A stretch of DNA of 64,000 nucleotides from Vitrella brassicaformis CCMP3155 (Eukaryota; Protista; Chromerida), in the NCBI GenBank assembly GCA_001179505.1, contig CDMY01000438.1:1-64000 (forward strand), written 5' to 3'. The notes under the pieces are model-generated. The model had not been told where the DNA came from, made no database searches, and was given only the letters and a program-made list of their open reading frames with translations. The position numbers and the translations under genes were made by a program. Each line of letters opens with the position of its first letter. Positions within the stretch are counted from its first letter, which is position 1. Of this stretch, positions 33,755-46,810 are shown one piece after another.

Positions 33755-36700
33755 ATGTACCAAGAGTACCAAGAGTTGGATGAGGTTGATGAGAGGGCGG
33801 CGGTGCACCACCGCGAGAGGACACTGCAGTCGTACCGCCCGAGCGTAGCCTTCAACACTGACAGCCCGCGCAATTGGGTGGAGTCGGCCGATTCGACGAC
33901 TGCGATGGTGGCCTTCGGACAGACGGACGGCAACGGGCGCGCGGCGATGGACATAGTGGAGATGCTGGAGCATATAGATGCGTCGGAGGTGGATAGCTTC
34001 TTCGCCCGGCTGCTCGCGGCGTTGCGGCAGCGGCGGGCGGCGGTGCTGGCCATGGGTGATGATAGGCGGGCCGTCGCGGAGAAGATGAGCGAAATCGAAT
34101 CTACCTTAGTCGGTGAGTGAGCAGCACAACGTACTGTACAGACAGAGCTGAGTGAAGTGAAGAGAGGGCGGAAAGGCTGACCTTCCTCTGTCCGTATGTG
34201 TGTGTGTGTGTATGTGGTTGTGTGCGGTGCAGGTATAGGTGACGTCACGGCGCGCATGAAGCACCTCTACACCAGGAGCATGGGCGACTTCGTCATAGAG
34301 CTACTCGAAGCATTCATCCAACACGACAAAATGGTGGGTGACTGACGACCACCGACAAAGCACACATAAACACACCACAGCACACCTCTCCCCGCCTCTC
34401 CGTGTGTCAGATGCCCGACCGCAAGCGGCCCCAGGGCATGTCGATGGCGCTGCTCAAGGTGCTGGAGAGCCTCATCTGCCTCTGTGACGTCGAGCGGCGT
34501 TACCACGTGCGACTGTTCCGTCTGGTGTACGACCTCATGCGTGGCTCTGCGCGGCCCCACCAGCCGCGGCGGTCGCACCTGCCTGACATCGCACACAACC
34601 GCATCTTCTCCCTCATGAGCGTCCTCTACATGGTAGGCACATGAGGGCAGGCACGTGTCCATCAAGGTGGGTGGGAGAGACCGGAATGGGTGTGGTGTGT
34701 TGTGTTGTGTTGGTATACCAGGAGAATCACCCCTTCGTTGGCGGCGGTATGCGTGAGTTGGAGCCCCTGCCGCTGCGGGTGTCGCCTGCGGGTCAGGTGG
34801 ACACGCAGCGGATAGAGCGGCAGCTCAACAACCTGCTCGGCGAGATGGCACCCAACACCGCCGACGTCCACGCCTGGACAGACGTACGCACACACCACAC
34901 CCGCATACACATACACCTACACCTAAACCACACACACAGACCTGCAAACCCTGTATATCTCTGTGTATCTATCTGCCTTGTTTGTTTGTTTATTCAGGCG
35001 CTCACTCGTCTGGCGGAAGTGGTTGACATGGCGTTCGCACCCTTCCTCACCGACCCCACCTCGCAGCAGCCCGTGGCCAAGCTGGACCTTTTGGGGTCGC
35101 TTGCCTCGGGGTTCGCTCTGAAGACGAGTGACGTGGACGTGTGTGTGCAGCTGCACCCCGAGGTGAAGCGGCGGCTGCAGAAGAGGCGGGAGGCGAGTGT
35201 GATAGGGGGGGTGCTGCCCATGGGGGAGGGGGGCGAGGAGGGGTACGATAGAGAGGTCGACATGGAGGCCATCGAGCAGCTGCAGCGGGTGCTACGAGAG
35301 GTATGTATGCGTGTTGCAAGAGAGAGAGACAGAGAGAGAGGGGTGCTGCATGGCATGGTGCGATGGGAGTGTGTCTGTGTCTGTGTTTGTTGTATGTGTG
35401 TATGTGTGTGTGTCATTTAGGTGCATCCGCATGAGTACCGAGCGGAGGTCATCGACGCCAGAGTCCCCATACTGAAGCTGGTCTTCCTCGTAAGCAATTG
35501 ACCACCACACAACACCACACCCATGTGTTTGTTGCCCATCCCATGGGTCTATCTATCAGCGCGGGGTTCGTTCCGACCACATGGGTGATTTGGTGTGCAT
35601 AGACGTGTCGTTCAACAACCAGCTGGGCCCCATCAACAGCGCCCTTCTGCGAGCGTACGCCGAGTGCGACCCGCGGGTGCTGCCGCTGGGGCAGCTGGTC
35701 AAGCTGTGGAGCAAGGCTCGCAATGTCAACGACGCACACCAGGGGTAGGTGGGCACACACACACCACACACACATACATGTCTGCCTTTGTGGCGAGGGG
35801 CGTGTCATCATCTTGTTCTCATTATTTATCAGGACGCTGTCGTCGTACGCCTACATTCTGCTGCTCATCTTCTTCCTGCAAACACGGTGGGTGGATCACA
35901 CACACCAACACACGATACCACATACGCCCTCTCCTCTTTGCCTCTCTGTGTCCACCCACCCAAACACCCACAGCAACCCCCCAGTGCTGCCGAACCTGCA
36001 GGCGCCCCAGTCGCCCTTCGCCACATCGCCCACCCCCGCCACCCACACGACCACCAACAACACCACACACAAGCCGCCCGAGCGATGGGTGTCTTCCCTT
36101 GGGTCGCGGCACAACGCTGGCTTCCACGCGCCACCAGCGTTCGACATGGGCGGCCCGTCCATGACCATCGACTGTGGGGGGAGGAGCGTCGAGGTGCCCC
36201 TGCCCTATGTGCCCTCGGTGCAGGACAAGTAAGGGGGCTATGGGATGGGAGAGGGGGCAGGGCAGCTGTGTTTCATGGCATGGACAGATGGATGGATGTG
36301 TGTGTGCGTGTGTGCGTGTGTGTGCCGTGTTGGTGGTTAGACCGTGGGGTGCCGCGTACAAGAGTAGGAACAAGATGTCCGTCGGCCAACTCCTCTTCGA
36401 CTTCTTCCAGTGAGCACACCGCATCGACACCACACCACACCCACACACGCGCGCATTATGTGTTGTGTCAGGTTTTATGCCCACGAGTTCCACTTCTACC
36501 GTGACGTGGTGTCTGTGCGTCTGGCGCCGGCAGTGGTGCCCAAGGCCAAGCTGCTCCAATTCAACAAAGAACTCGCAAACATCAGCCCACCGACACCACC
36601 ATGTAACTAACACAACACACACACACCCTACCACACACACACACATCCGACACATCAAACAACCGTCCTCCTCTGTCTGCTGCAGATGCGGCCACTCACA

Positions 36701-39409
36701 CCATGCGGCGTGTTGAACAGCATAATCCCCAGCAGCCGCAGCAGCAGCAGCCTTCCCCGGCCAGCCCCACGATGTCGCCCCCCATCCGGATTCTGAAGCG
36801 TGGCGCCCCCGCGAGCGGCTCATCCCAGTCGCCCTCTCCCTCTCCCTCTCCATCCCACGATGACAGCGGCAGCGGCAGCGATGACCTCGACCATGCCGCA
36901 CTGCCACAGTCGGCCAATGCCAGTGCCAATGCCGCACCGGTCCTCAGTATCAGCGACGGGGCCGTCAAGCACCTGATGGAAGTCCTGCCGCACCTCGGTA
37001 TATGAGACGGGACGGAGGGAAATGGCTGGCCGCACTCTCGTGTTGTGTTCGTTGATGTGACTGACTGTTGTCTCTCTCTTCTCACACAACCACACACAGG
37101 TTGGGAGGAGGCCAGGAATCTGCTGAGGTTGACTCAGTGTGATCTGGCGCGTGCAGTGGAGCACGGCCTCAAGCTCAAGACTGGCAAGCACCACCAGCAG
37201 CAGGCGATGGACGGGGGGTGCGGGGGCGGGACGGGCGAGACAGCGGGCGGCATGGGTGGGCGTGAGAGGAGCAGCACCGCCACTGGCAGCGGCAGCGATG
37301 TGTCAGACGGACGGTAAGCATCTGCACACAACACACACGCGGGCAGGGGACACTGGAGGAATGTCTCTGTGTGTGGGGGGGCGGGGGGGGGCTTAGGGAT
37401 GAGAGGGTGCAGCAGGAGGGCGGCCCACAGCCGCCCGTACTACCATCGCACGAACAGACGCAGCAACAGAGGGACGCACTAGGGTCAGCCATCCACACGA
37501 CCTAGCACAACACCGTGGCTATGACTCCCTCCCCCATGTGTGTCCGCCGCCATGCCTGCAGTGACGACATCGAGCGCAGCCGTTCTCTCGGCCAGCGGCT
37601 GCCGATGCTCTGCATTGAAGATCCATTCGAAGCAAACAGGATGCTGTCGCCCGACTACAAGGTGGGTGGGCTTCCCCAACGTACCCGCCCTCACGCATAT
37701 GCCCATCCTCTGTGTGTGTGTGTGTGTGTGTGTAGGGCCAAGAGCAGATCTGCGAGCACCTGCGGCGGACGCTGTACCTGCTCCACGCCATGAACGAGGC
37801 CTCATGGGCGCCGGCGAGGCTCCGCGAGATCCTCAGCCCACGACCCGTCGACCTGCAGCGGTACGGCAAGGACGACTCATTCTGGCCGCCCATCCCGCAC
37901 TCGTTCAAAGAGCCCCCCCACCCTCAGCCCCAACCCTCACACACCCATGCCACCACCGTGCAGCCCAGACCGCCCCCTCCCCCGCACCAGCAGCACGCCA
38001 AACACCACCACCACCACCACCAGGAGCACCAGAATCATCAGCAGTATCATTATCAGCATCATCATCAGCAGCAGCAGCAGCATCGACCATACATGAGGCC
38101 CCCTCCCCCTCCCCCCACCCACAACAGCAGTGGGCTGCCTTTCCTGACGTCGTACGATGGCAGCATCAAGCGAGGAGGGTCCGATCAGCTTCATGATGCC
38201 GTCCAGAAGGCATATTGGTCGAAGCTTCACGACGCTGGCCTACTCGGCGGGTTTGGGAGAGTGGTGTCTAGCGGCAGCAGCAGCGGCAGCAGCAACGAGG
38301 AGGCGACACGTCAGCTCAACCAGATAGTTGCGAGCATGCGTATGCAGCGACCGGCGGTGGGAGGGGGAGGGGCCCAGCTGGCGAGCCCGTCGTCGGGCAA
38401 TGTGGGGGTGTCACCCACGAGACGCGACGAGGGGCTGCTGCCCATCCCATCCCCATCCACGCACAGTATCAGCAACCGTGGACCAACAGCAGTAGCTACC
38501 AATGACTTCGACCCACACTGGGGAGGGCGTCCGTTGGAGCCATGGCAGCCGGCACCCAGCGGGCCATCGCATCTCCCGAGCTCTTCGGTGGAGTGGCCGC
38601 GCTCTGTCGACACCCATGTCCGCCCCCGCAACCACCCGCCTCTCGACCGCAGACTGGGCCGTCGCATGCCGGACGCACCCATGGCCAGCGGGGGCGGCGG
38701 CGGGGGTGGGCCTCCCATGATGCAGATGGTGGGTCCCTCAATGGGCGGCAGGGCCGACTGGACGTATGGGGTGTCTTTGGACAGTCCGTCGATGGATGGG
38801 CCGCCACCCACGATGCAGCAGCCATCACCCATGCAGATGCCTCCTCACCCGGACCAAAATCACCACATGCCTGGCCGACCAGGCCCGCCCGTCGACGACA
38901 TGGCGCCACGGCCCTTCGGTCTGGGCCTTCGTGACGGCTGCATCGGGCCCCAGCAATTCCCGCCACACATCAACCAGCAGCCACAGCCGCACCAGCAGCA
39001 CCAACAGCGGGATCAGCAGCAGATAGGCGACAACACGCCTTACAGCAACCACAGCGGGAGCGACTTCCAGCAGCCGCCGCCCTACATCCAGGCACCACCC
39101 CTCGCCAGCCCCAGTGGAGTCCACGCACAGGTGCCCCCCAGCACGTCGGAGAGCATCGCATCGTCCTCGCCCAGCATGTCGCCCAGCGGCCGGGCGACCA
39201 CCGCGGCAAGTGCGGCGAGCAGCAGTCACCAGTCGGTCCACCCCCCACAGCACCACCGTGTGAGTGAGGTGTTCGGCCCGCCCGCCGAGGCCAGGTCGCT
39301 GCGGGTGTTCCCCACCTCCATCCCGCTCGACACGCATGGCGGGGCACTGTCGGCTGGGCAGGTGGACCAGCATATCAGACGCATCTGGGACGAACCGGCC
39401 GACCAGTAG
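33755..39409 (+). CDS. Cid1/GLD2-like non-canonical RNA nucleotidyltransferase (TUTase or poly(A) polymerase)
   Basis: [70 protein letters not shown] and LCIEDPF, followed by an H/Q/P-rich tail. Confidence 0.92.
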
Positions 39410-40657
39410 CTGAGCTGATGGTGGATGGATGGATGGGTGCAGTGAGGCAGATAGGCTGTGGGTCGGGTCGATGGGTGGGTGGGTGTCGAGTTGATATGAC
39501 TGACTGACACGTGTGTAGCTTACTTAGCTGGGGCAAAGGAGAGAGGAAGAAAGGGAGGGAGGGAGTATGGGGGTGGGTGGGTGGGTACTCTACTCTGGTC
39601 AGTGAGATATGCATGTCATGAATCTCATTGTCCTGTTGGGAGACAGAGACAGACAGACAGTGACAGAGAGAGAGAGATATCTGCTAGCTGTTCGTTCCTT
39701 GTGGACACCAAGCCCAACACCACAGGGCACGGCCGACAGAGGCAAGTCGTGTCCCTGCGGGCGGACGGACTGCCTTGGTCGGTCGGTGGATGCGTCCGTC
39801 CTACTGTAGTACACTCATTAGTTGCCGTACGTATGATTGAGCTGCAGCCACACAGGCAGGCAGCCAGCCAGGCCGGCCGTCTACTCTCCATGCATGCATT
39901 GTATTTGTTTGCAATATATACCCTTGCAATATATTCCCTTGCTCGCTCCAACTTTTACGTTTGCACGTCTGTCTTGCTCTTGAATGCCTAACAGTCATCA
40001 TTTATGCTGTCTGTGTACAGGTCCATACGTCCGTCTGTGTGTGTTTGATTCGATTCGGTTGCCGATATATTGTTGAGCCAGCCAGCCAGAGAGTGCGCAT
40101 CCTGCGCGGCGCGTGTACAGGGAGGGAGGGACATCTAGGTACGAATAGACAAGGCGAGACGAGGCGAGACGACGCGAGAGGAGTCATGCGCCGCGCCCAG
40201 CCGTCAGTCAGTTGTGCTTGCATGCAATTAAAGACAACACACAGTGCACCTGTCTATATGTCTGTTTGCCGTGCTTGGTGGATAGAGGGGGAGGGAAAAG
40301 GGAATGGGGAAGGAAGGTGTGCGTTGGTGGATGGTGCGGTGATGGATGCGTTGGTGGTTCAGTGGTATTCAGGCGGGATGCGGACCGACCGCTAGGTAGA
40401 CCAGCCAGACGGACAATGCTGACTGAGTGCAGGGCCTGTCTGTCTGTACGTCATGTTAATGTCAGTCGGCGGTCTGGCTGCCTGCCATTGCTGCGAGAGA
40501 CACGAGTACATGTGGGGTATTCACCCAGCCAGCCACATGCATATAACTAACTATACACATAAGCACCCCAAACCCACAAAGAACTGGTCCACATTCTCAT
40601 CGTGAGTGAAGTGACACGCACCAGACAGACATACTTGACACACACCGACTGAAGAAG

Positions 40658-42793
40658 CTAAGCCACTGTCCCTTCCCCGCCGGCCTGGTCTTTTCCCTCT
40701 ACCAGCCATTCGAAAGGACACATCTGCGCGGGAGACACACCGATGACCTCCTGAATGACGGCACGTGATGGCACCACGCCGATATCTCGCTCCAACCGTT
40801 TGTTAAAGTTCACCTCCTGTCCTTGATCACCGTCACGGCACAGCCAGGTGCCACGAAAGTAGACCCTCGCTGCGCCCTCGTCTGGCGCCAGCGATGCGAG
40901 CGCTTCAGACAAACTGCGCTTGATGATGTCGACGGAGCCTCTGTCGGGGCCCGTCGCTCCCTCCTTGCACGGGCCGCCGTAGATTGTCGTCAAGCTGCCG
41001 TACTCGGTCACAAAGACGAAGAAGCTGAAGCCGTGGAGAGTTGAGTATATGGGCTTGACAAAATAAGAGACGTAGCGCTCTCCTGCGAGTGTCGGGTCCA
41101 TCTTCTGGTGGAACTCGGTGATGAGATCCTTAAGCGTGTCCGGCTCCCTTGCAGTGATGACGCCCCCAAACTTGCATCCATCGTCGACTGCATCAGGGAC
41201 CAGCTGGCCTGCCGCCCTGCTCAAGTAAGTGACGGTATCGATGGCTCCGATGGCCTTCAAGTGACTGTAGAGGAGTCGGAGGAGCACCCCTGCGCCGGCA
41301 ACGCCCTCCCATGGAGGTTCCCATCGCCCTCAATGGCTGTTTGAATGACGTCTCGAGCAAGGTCCGCATCAAGACGAGGGGCTTCCATAGCTATAAAGGG
41401 CTCTCGAACCCTGTCTGGCTGCGGCGGCTCGTTGCTGTAAAAGAGCGTCAGCAAGCCAGGAGCCCGCCCAGTCCAGGAGACGATACCAGCGTGTGTGCCT
41501 GAGCAGATGCCGCTCTCGATCACATCGGAGATTCTCTCGACCCTCGGGATTTGCGGTTTGTACACGCCGCGGAAGCTGAAGCTCGAGTAGTACCTCCGGA
41601 GACTGTTCCCGAGTGCGGCGACGTGGCTCGAAAACACAAAGTAACGCTGCCGCTTGTTCAGAAAGTGCTGAAGAACATAGTCAGCCAGCTCCTTTGCCAA
41701 TGGCTCTTCCTCGAACACAGTGTCTGGGGGGATGCGCCGGTTGAGTTCGTCAACAAAGAGGACCAGAGGGTCGCTGCCGAGCCACTCCTCCATAGTCCTA
41801 CGGCTGACGGAGACAGTCTCCACCCAGTCGTCGAAGGTGAGTTGGGCTGTAGGCTTTCCCAGAGCCTGTGCACCTTCTCGAGAGCCTCCGGTGTTGCAGT
41901 GGCCCAGGCTATCCGCAACGAGATGGATTACAGCGGGCTGCAGGCAGATAGCTCAAAGTCAGTGGGCACTGTCTGCTCGTTGAACCTGCAGAACGATGGA
42001 TAGATGGCCACACACAAGAAGAAACAAACAGCTCATCATTGCTCAGTGAGTGTACGTGAATCAGCCTCTGTCTCTGTCTGTCTGCTTCTACATGCATACG
42101 TGATGAATAGGGCAGGGATGCCCTGCGCGTGGAGGCCTGCCCCGATCTGCTTCATTAATCTCGTCTTCCCCCCACGCGAAAAACGAGTGATAATCATTGG
42201 CTCCACACGGACCACACGGTCGCGGTCGTTCGCTTTATAGTGCCCGACAAGCTTTCGCAAAATGTCACCGACTCGCTCCTGGCCGATGTAGGGCTGCCGC
42301 TGACTGGGGTCGAGAGCGATGCTTGGCACATCTCGGACGCCAGGATCAATGGGCTCGGTGAGCCTGGCGACGCTGATAAGGTCGCCAGCCTTGAGCTCCA
42401 CAGCATTTCTGTCGCTGACACCCAGCGGTCCGACCTGCCCGGCAGACTCGACAGCTGAGTCTGACACAGACAAACAGACAGGCACACAGAACTTGAGTGA
42501 GTGCTTGTCCGCCTCGTCCTCTCTCGCTGGCTGGCTGGCTGTCTCGCTCCACCCATCCAGCCAGCTAAGGAAGGAAGTGTACCTTCGGGGAACTCGCCGC
42601 TCGTGGCAGTTCCTTGACTCATCGGCACCAGCCTCGTGGCTGTCTTGAGCCGCCTCACTCGCCGCCAGGCAACACCGCTGCGGCCGCGCTGGTTCGCATG
42701 TAGGAATGTCATAGATGCCGGCACCGCCCTCTCAGCCACGGAGCACAGGAGCCATCCTCCCAGGATGACGAACAAGTACAAGACAGCCATCAT
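40658..42793 (-). pseudogene. P-loop NTPase plus degenerate restriction-endonuclease-like domain (Crinkler-like architecture) with a bipartite leader; disrupted
   Basis: Walker A variant ITRFSRGGKT and Walker B PLVLFVDELN. In-frame TAA at 41928-41930, a frameshift near 41845-41900 and an 8-nt insertion at 41312-41319. C-terminal KP..LHGFSFFV..YGGPCKEG. Confidence 0.7.
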
Positions 42794-43234
42794 CCACCCA
42801 GCGGTGAAGCGACACTGAGGATGGATCATAAAAGCCTAAGCTCAGCTGGGGGTTCCCACACTGCAGTCAGTCAAACTACAACACAAACAAACAGGCACAA
42901 CCACAAACAGGCCATCATGGCCGTGATGTGCAGTGCAATCAACCAACGTCATGCTGGATGGTCTCACTCACCACGGATCTGATCTGCCGCAGGTTCCTTC
43001 ACCGTCGATGACACCACGAGGCTGACCACAGCAAGGAGCAACTTCATGCAATGCACCAGCTGGCCGACTCTTGAATCACGGACGGAATCGAGCTGTTCGG
43101 TCGCTGCTTCACACGCACGTTCGTGCTATGTATTGCCACACCTGTTCTCGCAATGAAGCACTCAAGCCACAGGTCCAGCATCTACACGCGCACGCTCTTT
43201 CCTCGCTGCTGGCCTCTCTCCCTCGGGCGATCCA

Positions 43235-43242
43235 AGCTCGCA
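43235..43242. promoter_or_regulatory. AGCTCGCA motif in the divergent spacer upstream of the cyclophilin
   Basis: Exact match, about 120 bp upstream of ATG 43359. Confidence 0.55.
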
Positions 43243-43358
43243 AGGGATTTCCCACGGGAGCCTCGCCGTCAGCAGAAGCTTCTAGGTCCAGCTGCTGCCA
43301 CTATGCAGATCCTGATGTTACAGGATCAGATCTGAGCCTATATATCCTTTTACTTATC

Positions 43359-45408
43359 ATGGTGAGCAGTGCGTGGTTCACCCAGCAGCGGGGTATCCTG
43401 GGCTGGTGGCTGCGGACATCCACCATGACCAAGGCCACTATCTCTATCCCCGTCGTCGTCGGACCCACCTACCTCTTCGTCAACAGACAAAAGAGCGTCA
43501 AAAGACAACAGTTCTACTACGAAAGCGTCACTGAGAAGGTAGGTACGCAGGCGGTCACGCCTGTGCTGTGGGTGCTGGGTGCTGCAAGCGACACACAAAT
43601 GGTTGTCTGGGTGTCTGTCTATCTGCCTGTCTGTCTGTCTGTCTGGGTGTCTGCTGTCATGATGAATCAATCAATCAGGTGTATTTGGATTTGGCGATTG
43701 GTAACCGATACATCGGTCGGATTTTGATAGGTCTGTACGGCAACCAGGTGCCTCTGACGTGCGAGAACTTCGTGCAGCTGATCAAGGGCTACAAGGTGGG
43801 CGACAAGATCATCGGCTACCGCAACACCCTCTTCTACCGATCCACGCGCAACGTCTTCATGATGGGCGGGGACGTCATCCGAGGCACCGGCACACACGGA
43901 CTCTCCATATATGGGCCGAAGTGAGTCTGTCAGTGAGTCAGTCAGTCAGTGAGGGAGTCAGTGAGTCAGGGAGCAAAGAATGCTGCCTGCCAAAACAACG
44001 CTACTCACCATTCCTGGAGAGGAGCAACCGAGGACTGTGAGTATGTGTGTGTGTGTGCACAGGTTCCCGGATGAGAACTTTCAGATGGAGTTCATCCAGG
44101 ACGGCGATGTGGCCATGGTCTCAACTGGTGGGGAGGGACACACGTCAATCCACCCGCTCAACCAACCAACCAACCAGTCACTCATTCGACCATCCATCCA
44201 TCCACTGCTGTCTGTCTGTCTGTCTGTGGTGGGTTGCGTGTAGGTCCGAATTCGAACAACAGTCAGTTCTTCATCACGTTCTCGCCCATGAGCAGGATAG
44301 AGCAGGGCCGCTGTGTGGTCTTCGGCACCGTCCTCAAGGGCATGAGGGTCGTCAGAGAGGTCGAGCAGCACAGCACGCGCGTCGGCAGACCCTGTGCGCC
44401 CATACGGTACGTAGGTAGCCAATACCCTCACTCAGCACATCTAACAGACAGACAGACAGACACAGACAAGACATCACACATCCACCCACTCAATCAGTCA
44501 ATGCTGGCTGGGCTGATTGACGTGCTGTCTGCCCATTGTCTGGCACTCTTCAGGATTATTGACTGTGGTCTGTGGGAGCCTGGCAAGGGTCCCGACAGCT
44601 TTACACTGCCCCGTGTGGCCAACATGGCCTTCCCCGAGGGTTTTGAGGACGAGGAGAGCGAGCCCGGCGTCAAGGAGCTGCTCGAGAGGAAGGAGTTCCT
44701 CGAGAAGCAACAGGGGACCTACACGGCCCCCGCAGACCCTGGCGAACGTACGCAAGCACACACACACGCACACGCCACGGAGAAACAGACAGACGGGCTG
44801 GACACACCGCTTCAGCCATGCCCACACACGTCATCCATCCACCTGTGTGTGTGTGTGGTTGCATTGTTTCAGGGCTTGAAAGGATGGAGCGCCTGATAGA
44901 GGACATGCAGGACCTGCCTGTGCCGGTGCCCGAGAAGCCGCACCGGCCGCAGAGTGCTCCGCCCAAAGCCGACGGCGCCAGGAAGCCCCCTCCCAAGTAC
45001 ACCGTCAGCGAGACGGACTTCCGCAATATGACGCCCCAGCAACAGATGCAACACATTCAAAAGTCCAGGGGCCAAGGTGCGCCACTCAGCTATGCATGTC
45101 GACACATACACACACACACACACGTATCTATCATATCCTCCATCCATTCACCCATTTGTGTGTGTGGTGTGGTGTGTGCAGGATTGCACGATCTGCCGTT
45201 CCCCCAGCCATTCAACGCGTCTCGCGACGAGATCGAGGAGACGCACCAGTTGGGCTACACCAGGAGGGAGAGCCAACTGCCCTTCTGGTGGCACAGCGTC
45301 AACACGGAAATCGACAAGTTCCTCCGCATTCGCGAGGAGATGGACAACAAGATCCGGGCGCTGCGAGTCGAGAAGTTCAAACAGCTCCAGGAAGATCAAG
45401 GAAGATAA
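43359..45408 (+). CDS. Cyclophilin-type PPIase-like protein with N- and C-terminal extensions
   Basis: VYLDLAIG..GRILIGLYGNQVPLTCENF, FYR...GGD..GTG, SIYGPKFPDENF, SQFFIT, VVFGTVLKGM and IIDCG. Confidence 0.92.
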
Positions 45409-45891
45409 TCAGATCCACAGACAGACAGACGGCCGGTGGGGCGGAGGGTTTTACGGGTGGGTGTCTTGCCTGCCTTATGTATGTGCCACCTTCTGTCCAG
45501 TCCATGTGTGTGAGCCGATGGATGGATGGATGGATGGATGAATGTAGTGTAGTCTACTGTATACACGTGTCTGCAACGGGTGTGTGGGTGTGTGGGTGTG
45601 CATTTTCAAGGCACCCCCCTCCCCGAACCTTCCTTCATTCTGTGTTGTGTACACGAGTGAGTGAGTGGACGGACGATGCCCTGCCCGTGTGGGTTGATTG
45701 TCTCGTGTGTGTACTACAAGCTCTTGTCAGTCAGTCAACAGCAAACACACCTCTGCAAGTGTCAGATGAGGAATTCAACGAATCACACTCACGAGAAACA
45801 CGTGTATACGAATGTCGCTCCAGACGCCCGCCCATTCCTTCCTTCGGCCACCCCCACCCAGGCAGGTCATGTCAGTCAGTCAGTCAGTCAG

Positions 45892-46714
45892 TCAATAGTC
45901 AGTGGCCCCCTCGATATACGAGTCGGCATTCAACGCGCCGTCCTTCTCCTCCTCCTTTCCCTCTTGACCCTTTTCCATCGCACCAGCCTTAGCCCCCTTC
46001 TCTGATTTCTCTTCAGCCTGTCCCGCGTCACCAGAGGGCTGTGGTGGTGTGTCTTGCTGGTCCTCCTCCGTTTCTGTGTCGGTGTCCACATCGGTCTCCT
46101 CCCCCAGTATGTCCTGCTCGTCGATCAAAGGCTGACTCTCTTGCTCCTCCTGCTGTGTCAGCTGCGGTGGAAGGCCACGAGGCAACGCGACGCGACGACG
46201 CCATCTGAGAGAGGGGAGAGAGCAACGAACGAACAGTGGGCAGATTCAGCTGTTTGTCGTGGCTGCGTATATATGTGTGGCCACCGCCGGCCTACCTACC
46301 TGCTTCGTGTGGGTGGTGGCCTGAGCAGCAAAGGCGCCTCGTAGCCTGGGTCCAGCAGGGAGAACACATACGCCCGCGACACTCGATACGTATTCCGCAG
46401 CACCTGCAGCCAGGCGGGAGGGACCAACGCAGACAGGACAGACGCCATGAATCACCAATCATCCATTCAACCACTCAAGATTGACTGTCCTCTGCCTGGC
46501 CGCATGGTTGTGCCATTAATTGCCATGTACTGACTGTACGTACCCTTCTGATGAGTAGGCGGTCGTGCTCGTGTCGGATCTTGACCACACTGCCGCCGCC
46601 TATGGCATCCACGCCCGTCAGGCACCACAAACATGACACCACGGCAGCGATGGTCCATGCGATGGCTCTGCAGGGGCCTGCGCACACCCTGTCCATCCTC
46701 GCTGAGTCGCGCAT
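45892..46714 (-). CDS. Hypothetical protein with a hydrophobic N-terminus and an acidic C-terminal exon
   Basis: IAWTIAAVVSCLWCLTGVDA leader and an E/D-rich exon at 45892-46160. Splicing not fully resolved. Confidence 0.45.
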
Positions 46715-46756
46715 GAAGAGATCGGTGCGGATGGACACGCTGAGGAGCCATTCTCA

Positions 46757-46764
46757 AGCTCGCA
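46757..46764. promoter_or_regulatory. AGCTCGCA motif in the ~100-bp divergent spacer before REV7
   Basis: Exact match, centred between ATG 46714 (-) and ATG 46811 (+). Confidence 0.6.
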
Positions 46765-46810
46765 CAGTGTTTCAGGAAAAGCCCTAAGCACAGAAGTCGC
46801 CACGAGAGCG

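Noticed and set aside
6693-39409. XPO5 plus TUTase as a small-RNA gene cluster
   Set aside because: They are 20 kb apart with many unrelated genes between them, and there is no evidence of linkage.
37790-39409. Multiple overlapping antisense ORFs over GC-rich low-complexity exons (also 30316-31704 and 13969-15639)
   Set aside because: Expected shadow ORFs of GC-rich coding sequence, with no independent motifs.
39410-40650. Short ORFs and a 10-nt triple repeat (near 40152-40180) in the convergent intergenic region
   Set aside because: Microsatellite-rich, with no coherent exon chain, motif or terminal repeats.
41928-41930. In-frame TAA at a likely Gln position, suggesting stop-codon reassignment or readthrough
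   Set aside because: TAA terminates XPO5, the cyclophilin and the protease normally, and the same gene has two further frameshifts. A simple nonsense mutation explains it.
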